This document shows, one piece after another, positions 19,865 through 26,849 of a stretch of DNA of 36,488 bases. Each line of letters begins with the position of its first letter. The stretch's first letter is position 1. The position numbers and the translations under genes are program-made. Under the pieces are notes generated by a model, which saw only the letters and a program-made list of their open reading frames with translations, made no database searches and was not told the origin of the DNA. Source of the DNA: a virus; IMG/VR virus record IMGVR_UViG_3300021076_000041; one strand, given 5' to 3'.

Positions 19865-20123
19865 ATGGCAATAAACAACACTACTGGCGCCTCCACCTCT
19901 ACCTCTACTCGGCGACCACACAACACACCACTATGGATTTCCCAATTTCGATAATGTTTCAAGACTCGAGTTTGCTATTGTGCTCGAAAGAATCGCCGAA
20001 ATCGAAAAGAGATTATGTATTCTCCAAGGTCCGGATCCAAAATCATTGGAAAGATTCCAGTCATTGAAGAGTGCATATGAGGATTATAAAATCATTGAAA
20101 AATTGGTAGGTGAAGATGAATAG
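19865..20123 (+). CDS. hypothetical protein, interrupted once (C19910)
   Basis: Absent from the ORF track. ATG 19865 is open to a stop after 30 codons. Skipping C19910 (ACT-C-GGC) gives an 85-codon ORF that fills the 19863-20110 gap. Confidence 0.45.
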
Positions 20124-21081
20124 GATATTAGTCACTGGCGGCTCGGGTTTTATTGGAAGTCAGATTGTAAAAAGTTTGGCAAATTATGGTCACGAGATAT
20201 TCGTTGTTGATAGAAAAATCAATCCTTGGACATATACTTATGTATCTTCGGATCATATCCATCAAGGTGATTTCTTAGAAGCATTTTCAATTCCAAATTT
20301 TGAATTTGATACTGTGATTCATTTGGCAGGTGACATTCTCGTAGAGCAAGGTGAATTTGATCCTAGCAAATATTATTCTAATAATGTGATGAAACTCAAA
20401 GAAATGCTTGATATCTTAGTTTCACGAAATGTCAAAAATATTATTTTCAGTAGCAGCGGAAGTGTCTATGGTAATCAGCAGAATAATTCATTGACTGAAG
20501 ATCTATTATATAATCCACAATGCACTTATGCTTCGACAAAGGTGGCCGGCGAATTACTTATCAAGGACTATTCCAGAGCACACGAGTTGAATTATGTGAT
20601 ATTCCGTTATTTTAATGCCTGTGGCGCTGATCCAGATACTGAATTTGGTTATATTCAATATCCAGCCACTCATATTATTCCAATTCTTTGTAATAAGATA
20701 AACAAGAATCAACCAATTGTAATTTATGGTAATACCTATCCTACATACGACGGAACTTGTGTTCGCGATTATGTTCATATACAGGACATTGCCAATGCTC
20801 ATCAGAAAGCCTTAGAATATTTGAATAATGGAAATAGAAGTGAGATATTTAACATTGGTGGTATTGCTGGTGAATTAACTGTAAAACAATTAGCAGAGAA
20901 TGCCTATATGATATTAAACCGATATCCAAATATTCAATATGCTTCTATGCGTTCCGGTGATGTTCCGAGATTGGTAGCCGATACCAATAAAGCAAGAAAC
21001 ATCTTAGGATGGGAACCAAAATATTCTATTGGTGAAATTCTTGATCATGCATGGAATTGGGAAGTTCGCTATCACGGTTGA
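20116..21081 (+). CDS. galE: NAD-dependent sugar epimerase (GalE-like SDR)
   Basis: ILVTGGSGFIGS is a Rossmann motif. YASTK is the catalytic YxxxK. Confidence 0.75.
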   Translation: MNRILVTGGSGFIGSQIVKSLANYGHEIFVVDRKINPWTYTYVSSDHIHQGDFLEAFSIPNFEFDTVIHLAGDILVEQGEFDPSKYYSNNVMKLKEMLDILVSRNVKNIIFSSSGSVYGNQQNNSLTEDLLYNPQCTYASTKVAGELLIKDYSRAHELNYVIFRYFNACGADPDTEFGYIQYPATHIIPILCNKINKNQPIVIYGNTYPTYDGTCVRDYVHIQDIANAHQKALEYLNNGNRSEIFNIGGIAGELTVKQLAENAYMILNRYPNIQYASMRSGDVPRLVADTNKARNILGWEPKYSIGEILDHAWNWEVRYHG

Positions 21082-21118
21082 AAATGAGTTTGAAATTATC
21101 CTTATAAGAGAGAAAAGA

Positions 21119-21586
21119 ATGGCAACTGATATCACTTTTGATCACATTACATTGTTGGTCGAAACAATAGCAAGTCAATTACAATCAACTGATTTTATTC
21201 CTACTCTAGTAGTAGGTATTGCTCGTGGTGGTTTAATTCCGGGAGTGATGCTAAGTCATTATTTCGATTGTGGATTCACTTCATTGACCCCGACTAAGAC
21301 TGAGTATGTAGATCCATTGTGCGACTGTGATGAAATATATCAAATTATCAGTTCGGCACCAGGAAGTAGGATAGTCATTGTTGATGAAATTTGTGACACT
21401 GGATCTACTTTTGTTAAACTTCAGAAATGCTTTGACACAATTCCAAATTTGAATTTATCAAGAATTAAGACTGCCTCTTTACAGATGAGATATAATTCGA
21501 TATATATACCAGACTATATTGGTGAAGTAATTAACAATGCCGAATGGCAGAAGTATCCTTGGGAATTGACAAATGAAAGAAAATAA
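21119..21586 (+). CDS. gpt: phosphoribosyltransferase (xanthine-guanine PRT-like)
   Basis: VVGIARGGLIPG, the PRPP motif IVIVDEICDTGST, and a C-terminal EWQKYPWE like Gpt. Confidence 0.6.
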   Translation: MATDITFDHITLLVETIASQLQSTDFIPTLVVGIARGGLIPGVMLSHYFDCGFTSLTPTKTEYVDPLCDCDEIYQIISSAPGSRIVIVDEICDTGSTFVKLQKCFDTIPNLNLSRIKTASLQMRYNSIYIPDYIGEVINNAEWQKYPWELTNERK

Positions 21587-22157
21587 CATCAAGAAAAGTT
21601 TATGGAGAACCCTAATGCAAACCATTTTTAATACCGCGGCACCGATAAACCAACCTGCGGCATCAACCCCGACCACAGCATCAATCGCCACCACAATAAC
21701 ACCGCTCACCACGATGGCTACAACCGGTATAACACCTTATCCTCATAATACTGCTATCGTGTACAATACAGGGATTTCTCTTGGTTCACAGGCAGGCACT
21801 GTGTATAATTCCACATCAACGGCCTATACCGGGTATAATTATAATCCAACTACTTACATACCACTGCTAATCACTTCTTCGAATAACAAAGAGATTGTGA
21901 GAATAAATGACGACGGCTCAGTGACTTGGAATTCAGGGACCAATGAAGACGAAGCAATCAAATCTTTATCAAATGTATTCACTATTTCATATGAAAAAGC
22001 ATCAGGCATTACCGAAGGCACCAAAAGAAGAATGAGAGATTCCGTGTTTGAAGAATTGATTAGCATTGCCAAAGACTCGGGTGCATTGAGTGCTGAAGAC
22101 CTGGAATACATTCTGAGATGTAGTAAAATCGTGGAGAAACTCAAAGGTGTAGTTTAG
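21573..22157 (+). CDS. hypothetical protein with Thr/Pro/Ala-rich N-terminal region
   Basis: ORF. The start could be 21573 or ATG 21615. Confidence 0.45.
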   Translation: MKENNIKKSLWRTLMQTIFNTAAPINQPAASTPTTASIATTITPLTTMATTGITPYPHNTAIVYNTGISLGSQAGTVYNSTSTAYTGYNYNPTTYIPLLITSSNNKEIVRINDDGSVTWNSGTNEDEAIKSLSNVFTISYEKASGITEGTKRRMRDSVFEELISIAKDSGALSAEDLEYILRCSKIVEKLKGVV

Positions 22158-22175
22158 AAAATTACCAGACACCAC

Positions 22176-22204
22176 TTGACAGAATTCAGTAAATTTGCTA
22201 CACT
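22176..22204 (+). promoter_or_regulatory. sigma70-like promoter
   Basis: TTGACA (22176-22181), a 17-nt spacer, then TGC-TACACT (22199-22204). AAGGAG lies before ATG 22249. Confidence 0.5.
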
Positions 22205-22248
22205 ATACAAATGCAATATAGGTCTGATCGATAAAAAGGAGAAACAGA

Positions 22249-22431
22249 ATGGATAAATTTTCCATAGCAGGACTAATCATCACTATAGTGATTAATGGTA
22301 TTATGGGATATATCGCCGGCGCATTATTTGGCTACGGCTACTGCGTACTCATCATTACTGCGATATTTGGTTTCGTTCTTGGATGGAACCTGCCATACAT
22401 TATCGGCGATTGGCTAAGGAATAAACAATGA
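22249..22431 (+). CDS. small two-TM membrane protein
   Basis: 60 aa and almost entirely hydrophobic. Confidence 0.5.
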   Translation: MDKFSIAGLIITIVINGIMGYIAGALFGYGYCVLIITAIFGFVLGWNLPYIIGDWLRNKQ

Positions 22432-22502
22432 TATTCCTTATTGTTGCCGTGGTGATATGCGTTTTGATAGGATGTTCTATTCTGTCGGATCCCAAAGAAT
22501 GA
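22428..22502 (+). CDS. hydrophobic micropeptide (24 aa)
   Basis: MIFLIVAVVICVLIGCSILSDPKE. ATGA overlap with the upstream stop. Confidence 0.3.
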   Translation: MIFLIVAVVICVLIGCSILSDPKE

Positions 22503-22585
22503 AAGACATCTTTGAAATAATATCTGTCATTATTGCCTTAATTTGGATGATTTGGATGATTTTGAGCATATGTCACATTATCTGA
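22499..22585 (+). CDS. hydrophobic micropeptide (28 aa)
   Basis: MKDIFEIISVIIALIWMIWMILSICHII. ATGA overlap with the upstream stop. Confidence 0.3.
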   Translation: MKDIFEIISVIIALIWMIWMILSICHII

Positions 22586-22776
22586 TTTCTTATATTGTTG
22601 CTTTCATAGTGGCTGGGTCGGCCGTTGCTTTATACTGGTTGCCAAGTTGGATAGCGTTGAATAAGAATCATAAATATTTCGTTTCTCTATTCATAATAAA
22701 TATCCTTTTTGGATGGACAATAATAGGATGGATCTTTGTGGTATATTGGGCGTTCACTGAAAATGATGGGTGGTAG
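22570..22776 (+). CDS. superinfection-immunity (Imm)-like membrane protein, copy 1
   Basis: LYWLPSWIALNKNH...NILFGWTIIGWIFVVYWA matches the Imm-type pattern (LPS.IA...H......N...GWT..GW). ATG 22570 is preferred over the TTG start in the track. Confidence 0.5.
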   Translation: MSHYLISYIVAFIVAGSAVALYWLPSWIALNKNHKYFVSLFIINILFGWTIIGWIFVVYWAFTENDGW

Positions 22777-22781
22777 ATAAA

Positions 22782-22970
22782 ATGATAATTTCGTTACTAA
22801 TTCTGACGATGTGCCTGATAGGCATTTATTTCCTGCCATCAATTGTAGCAATTAGCACCTGGCATCAATACGCAGGAACAATTATGATAGTGAATTTATG
22901 TTTTGGATGGACACTTGTGGTCTGGGTTATATTGCTGCTATGGGCTCTGTACGGTAATGAAAATGCTTGA
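22782..22970 (+). CDS. superinfection-immunity (Imm)-like membrane protein, copy 2
   Basis: IYFLPSIVAISTWH...NLCFGWTLVVWVILLLWA is a tandem paralog of copy 1. Confidence 0.5.
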   Translation: MIISLLILTMCLIGIYFLPSIVAISTWHQYAGTIMIVNLCFGWTLVVWVILLLWALYGNENA

Positions 22971-23022
22971 GGTACCGAGTTTGTTTCTAATGTGGGTTTC
23001 ATAATTTCTGAAAGGTAATACA

Positions 23023-23964
23023 ATGGATAAGGCAATTAGGCAGATTAAATATAGTGAAATTTTCTCCAGTTTTCAAGGTGAAGGCACTTATTGTGGAAAA
23101 CCAAGTCTGTGGGTTCGTCTTTGGTCGTGTAATTTTGAATGTAAGGGTTTCAGTCAGAAAGACATCAATGATCCATCCACTTGGACATTACCTTACCTTG
23201 ATGCTGATGTGAAAAAGATTACAAAATTGGAAGATTTGCCAGTCTTTCATACTGGGTGTGATAGTTCTTATTCTTGGGCGAAGAAATTTGGCCATCTTGC
23301 ACATAGTAATACTGCGCCGGAAATCGCCGAGAAGTTGATTGAACTTAACAAAACTATGTATAACCCAACCGGACATTTTGTTCACGAAGGATCACAACAA
23401 GAATCACATTTAGTATTCACAGGTGGTGAACCGATGATGAATCAGAGAGGCATAGTTGATATTGTTGAGTCATTGGCCGAGCTGAAAACCGCACCTGTGA
23501 AAATTACAATCGAAACAAATGGTACACGACCAATGAAAGACTTCTTCCAAACATTTCTCGAAGAACGATTTTACCGATATCAAGTAGTTGGCGGAATGAT
23601 GGATCAATCACGCGCTGCGAATGAGTTGTTTTGGAGCGTAAGTCCAAAACTTCACGCGAGTGGTGAAAAATGGGATGATGCTATCAAACCCGATGTTGTA
23701 GCAAAATACGCATATGAAAGTAGTCACGGTCAATTGAAATATGTTGTTGATGGTAGCACACGAACATGGGGCGAAGTCGATAGAGCAACAAAGATGTTTC
23801 GTGAAGAAGGTGTGGACTGGCCAGTGTGGATTATGCCGGTCGGTGCCGATGTAGAAATGCAGAATGAACACGCTGCTGAAATTACACGTGAAACTATCGC
23901 TCGTGGATACAATGTTTGTATTCGTGCTCACCTTTATCTACTTGGCAATGGAATGGGAACTTGA
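23023..23964 (+). CDS. queE: 7-carboxy-7-deazaguanine synthase (QueE-like radical SAM)
   Basis: EIFSSFQGEGTYCGKPSLWVRLWSCNFEC... is the QueE N-terminal signature. TGGEPM matches the SAM-binding GGEP motif. Confidence 0.7.
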   Translation: MDKAIRQIKYSEIFSSFQGEGTYCGKPSLWVRLWSCNFECKGFSQKDINDPSTWTLPYLDADVKKITKLEDLPVFHTGCDSSYSWAKKFGHLAHSNTAPEIAEKLIELNKTMYNPTGHFVHEGSQQESHLVFTGGEPMMNQRGIVDIVESLAELKTAPVKITIETNGTRPMKDFFQTFLEERFYRYQVVGGMMDQSRAANELFWSVSPKLHASGEKWDDAIKPDVVAKYAYESSHGQLKYVVDGSTRTWGEVDRATKMFREEGVDWPVWIMPVGADVEMQNEHAAEITRETIARGYNVCIRAHLYLLGNGMGT

Positions 23965-23985
23965 ATTATAAAGATCTGATTATAG

Positions 23986-24201
23986 ATGAATGCTAATCTT
24001 CAATATAGAACTATATATCTGGTGCGTGGTCAAGGAACCGACGAGGCCCCCGATGCTTTTGTGCTTGAGGGTATTCTTCGAAGAGAATTTCCTGATGCCA
24101 TGTACGTCTATCGATATGATTTAATTACTTTCAGTTGTGAGGAAGATCTTTCATTCTTTATTTTAAAATATGGCGATATCTTTAAAAGATACTTCGAATG
24201 A
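23986..24201 (+). CDS. LKYGHIY-family small protein, copy 1
   Basis: MNANLQYRTIYL...ILRREFPDAMY...ITFSCEEDLSFFILKYGDIF. Confidence 0.65.
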   Translation: MNANLQYRTIYLVRGQGTDEAPDAFVLEGILRREFPDAMYVYRYDLITFSCEEDLSFFILKYGDIFKRYFE

Positions 24202-24419
24202 ATCCATGTCTTCAATATAGAACTATATATCTGGTGCGTCAAGGAATGCCTCGAAGCATTTTTCCTGATGCCCCCGATGCGTGTGTGCTTGAGGATATAC
24301 TTCAAAGAGAATTTCCTGATGCTATGTATGTTTATCAAGAGGATTTAATTACTTTCAGTTGTGAGGAAGATCTTTCATTCTTTATTTTAAAATATGGCGG
24401 CATTTATGATAAATGCTAA
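24198..24419 (+). CDS. LKYGHIY-family small protein, copy 2
   Basis: Near-duplicate of copy 1, sharing identical stretches of 30 nt and 58 nt. ATGA overlap. Confidence 0.65.
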   Translation: MNPCLQYRTIYLVRQGMPRSIFPDAPDACVLEDILQREFPDAMYVYQEDLITFSCEEDLSFFILKYGGIYDKC

Positions 24420-24636
24420 TCTTCAATATCAAACTACCTTTTTAGAATATGAAAAATATAATAGACCCAGCGCGGAGGTGCTTGAGGATATACTTCGAAG
24501 AGAATTTCCTGATGCCACTTATAAATTTATGGACGATATAATCACTTTCACAAATCAAGAAGACTTAGTCGCATTCATTCTTAAATATGACCACATCTAC
24601 CACGACACCTACTACGGCAATTTACCAACGATATGA
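24406..24636 (+). CDS. LKYGHIY-family small protein, copy 3
   Basis: MINANLQYQ... aligns with the N-termini of copies 1 and 2. It ends FILKYDHIYHDTYYGNLPTI. Confidence 0.6.
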   Translation: MINANLQYQTTFLEYEKYNRPSAEVLEDILRREFPDATYKFMDDIITFTNQEDLVAFILKYDHIYHDTYYGNLPTI

Positions 24637-24832
24637 ATTCTATACGCGAGCTATATTTCGTACGCTGCGCCAATGGGACGAAAAACTGGAACTAGAGAAG
24701 GATTTACTTGATATTCTGAACCGTGAATTTCCGGGTGCCAGATATTCCTATCAATGTGACATAATTTCATTCGAAGATAAAGATGATGCATTGGTATTTG
24801 TATTGAAATATGGGCATATCTATGGAAGATAA
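24587..24832 (+). CDS. LKYGHIY-family small protein, copy 4
   Basis: ...LLDILNREFPGARY...ISFEDKDDALVFVLKYGHIYGR. It overlaps copy 3 by 50 nt in another frame. Confidence 0.55.
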   Translation: MTTSTTTPTTAIYQRYEFYTRAIFRTLRQWDEKLELEKDLLDILNREFPGARYSYQCDIISFEDKDDALVFVLKYGHIYGR

Positions 24833-25019
24833 TAAGTATCGGACTTGTTGCATATACTACCATGCCGTGCTACCATGTGTTGGTGATTTACTTGATATCC
24901 TTCAAAGAGAGTTTCCGGGTGCTACTTATGAATTTACAGAAGATGTAATTACCTTTGCCAACCGTGATGATTTGGTAATCTTTATATTGAAATATGGGCA
25001 TATCTATGCGCCTAGATAA
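24822..25019 (+). CDS. LKYGHIY-family small protein, copy 5
   Basis: The start ATG lies inside the HIYG codons of copy 4. An alternative in-frame ATG is at 24810. Confidence 0.6.
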   Translation: MEDNKYRTCCIYYHAVLPCVGDLLDILQREFPGATYEFTEDVITFANRDDLVIFILKYGHIYAPR

Positions 25020-25221
25020 GATCTTCGAGACTCGTGTCCTGAATATTTGGGAATATGCCACCGACGAGTTGTTGAAAATTCTCAGAAATGAATTTGCCAA
25101 TGCTGAATGGGAGTATATGGATAGTTATATTCTACCATTCTATAGAATCAAATTCGAAACCCCGGAAGATTTGGTTGTATTTATTCTGAAATACGGGCAT
25201 ATCTATGATGATGTCAAGTAA
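25006..25221 (+). CDS. LKYGHIY-family small protein, copy 6
   Basis: The start ATG lies inside the HIY codons of copy 5. An alternative ATG is at 24994. Confidence 0.6.
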   Translation: MRLDKIFETRVLNIWEYATDELLKILRNEFANAEWEYMDSYILPFYRIKFETPEDLVVFILKYGHIYDDVK

Positions 25222-25432
25222 AATAAAACGGTATGAAACAAGAGAATTCTACAATCGTGGATATAGACTACCACGATTGCTAAAGTTAATCCATGACGAA
25301 TTCCCTAAATCGAAATGGAAATTATTGAAGACGCGTGATGTGAAATATGTCACATGTAAAATACGATTTCGGGAATCCGAAGACCTCACAGTCTTTATTT
25401 TGAAATATGGGCATATCTATGGTAGAGAATAA
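25205..25432 (+). CDS. LKYGHIY-family small protein, copy 7
   Basis: ...LLKLIHDEFPKSKW...IRFRESEDLTVFILKYGHIYGRE. Confidence 0.6.
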   Translation: MMMSSKIKRYETREFYNRGYRLPRLLKLIHDEFPKSKWKLLKTRDVKYVTCKIRFRESEDLTVFILKYGHIYGRE

Positions 25433-25616
25433 ATATCTCACAAGGCCAATATACCGGCAGGTTGGTGATTTGCCTCATGTCAAAGATTTGGTGGTTGTCT
25501 TAGATCAGGAGTTCGCTGGTGCAGAATATACTTATGCAAGTGATATTATCACTTTTGTGAATGAAGAAGATTTAGTAGCCTTCACATTGAAATACGGACA
25601 TATCTATGGCAAATGA
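25419..25616 (+). CDS. LKYGHIY-family small protein, copy 8
   Basis: ...VVVLDQEFAGAEY...ITFVNEEDLVAFTLKYGHIYGK. An alternative ATG is at 25407. Confidence 0.6.
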   Translation: MVENKYLTRPIYRQVGDLPHVKDLVVVLDQEFAGAEYTYASDIITFVNEEDLVAFTLKYGHIYGK

Positions 25617-25854
25617 AGATAAATATATATTTAATACAAACGTCCTGTGGTGGCAACCACCACAGTCAGACATTTACAAATTAATAGAAATTCTAAATGA
25701 TGAATTTCCGGGATCAAGCCGCGAAGATTGTGCAATATATCAAACACAAGGGAATCCATATGATCATATGCAATATCCATTCTCCAGAATTACATTCACT
25801 AACCAAGAAGACTTAACAGCCTTCATTCTTAAATACGGACATATATTCAAATGA
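25606..25854 (+). CDS. LKYGHIY-family small protein, copy 9
   Basis: ...LIEILNDEFPGSS...ITFTNQEDLTAFILKYGHIFK. Confidence 0.6.
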   Translation: MANEDKYIFNTNVLWWQPPQSDIYKLIEILNDEFPGSSREDCAIYQTQGNPYDHMQYPFSRITFTNQEDLTAFILKYGHIFK

Positions 25855-26475
25855 AAAAACCACTCATACCATTCTCATTCTATCCTTATGCTTGGCGGCA
25901 CAAAGGGTAAAACTCGAGAAACGCTGAAAGCAGAATATGAATTAGAAGGATATGATTTAGATATTCGACTACTCGAGATTCACAAGGATACATTACCGGC
26001 CAATGTTTATCAAGGTAAATTGCTTGACATAGAATTTAAATATCTCAAAATATCATTAGGTGAATATCAAAGAGGATTGGCAAATCTAATTCAGGATGAG
26101 AAGAAAAAGAAAATCGCATTGCTTGAATTGGATTACAAAGAGAATAAGATATCAAGATTTAACTATGAAAAAGAAAGTGCCACCATTAATGACGAACCGT
26201 GGGTGGCAGTGGTCAAGTTAGAATTTGGAACAGAAAAAGCCGAAGAAGGTAGTTTTGAACTTGACTGGAATGATAAATTCATTGAGATGCTTGAAGACGC
26301 AGGATATATTGCTATGAAACCAGACCAAACTGTGAATCTTTGGTTTAGTGAAGTATGCAGAGCAGTGGCGCTTGAATCGTATGACGGTGTAGGAACTTTT
26401 ACTGAAGATTCTGAATATGCGTTAAATTCACAAGAAGGTGAAATAGTCCCGAAAGGTAAGAGAAATGTCAAGTAA
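25851..26475 (+). CDS. hypothetical protein inserted in the array, interrupted once (C25896)
   Basis: ATG 25851 overlaps the stop of copy 9 (ATGA). Skipping C25896 (TGG-C-GGC) joins 15 codons to track ORF 25888..26475. Alternatively the gene simply starts at ATG 25888. Confidence 0.45.
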
Positions 26476-26662
26476 TTCGTTTCGTGCTCGGTTTGTAGCT
26501 ACCCTCATAGAAGGTAATAAATTACAGGAATTATTGAATGCCGAATTCCAGGGGTCGAAGTATCACTGGTTGCAGGACATAATCCATTTTATAGATAGAG
26601 AAGATCTCTTAGCCTTCACATTGAAATACGGACATATCTATGGAAAAGATAATTTATTTTAG
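26465..26662 (+). CDS. LKYGHIY-family small protein, copy 10
   Basis: ...LQELLNAEFQGSKY...IHFIDREDLLAFTLKYGHIYGKDNLF. Confidence 0.6.
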   Translation: MSSNSFRARFVATLIEGNKLQELLNAEFQGSKYHWLQDIIHFIDREDLLAFTLKYGHIYGKDNLF

Positions 26663-26834
26663 AACAACCGCTCTTTATCCGAATTTTGAAAAGATTGCTA
26701 CATTATGCGAAATTTTGAGAATTGAATTTCCAGGTGCCAAGCACTTTCCAGTGAATAGAACAATTCATTTTATGGATAGAGAAGATCTCTTAGCCTTTAT
26801 ATTGAAATACGGACATATCTATGGACCAAAATAA
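26640..26834 (+). CDS. LKYGHIY-family small protein, copy 11
   Basis: ...LCEILRIEFPGAKH...IHFMDREDLLAFILKYGHIYGPK. Confidence 0.6.
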   Translation: MEKIIYFRTTALYPNFEKIATLCEILRIEFPGAKHFPVNRTIHFMDREDLLAFILKYGHIYGPK

Positions 26835-26849
26835 AAAAGAGGAACAACA

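Larger units (their letters stand above)
23986..26834 (+). repeat. tandem array of 11 paralogous small genes (one unrelated gene inserted at 25851..26475)
   Basis: The recurring protein pattern is (D/E)LL.IL..EFPGA.Y ... I.F...EDL..F.LKYGHIYG. The recurring 22-23-nt DNA junction is TTGAAATA(T/C)GG(G/A)CATATCTATG. Confidence 0.85.

Noticed and set aside
20110-21118. Long N-terminal extensions suggested by the ORF track (GTG 20110 for the epimerase, 21029 for the phosphoribosyltransferase, 30206 for the macro domain, 30627 and 30960 for downstream genes)
   Set aside because: Internal ATGs (20116, 21119, 30248, 30735, 30993) sit right after upstream stops or RBS-like sequences. They coincide with the start of the recognisable domains.
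23986-26834. Regularly spaced 22-23-nt repeat (TTGAAATAYGGRCATATCTATG) that could be mistaken for a CRISPR array
   Set aside because: The period is about 185-250 nt, not 60-75. The repeats lie inside continuous protein-coding sequence and encode the conserved LKYGHIYG C-terminus of tandem paralogs. There is no leader and no cas genes.
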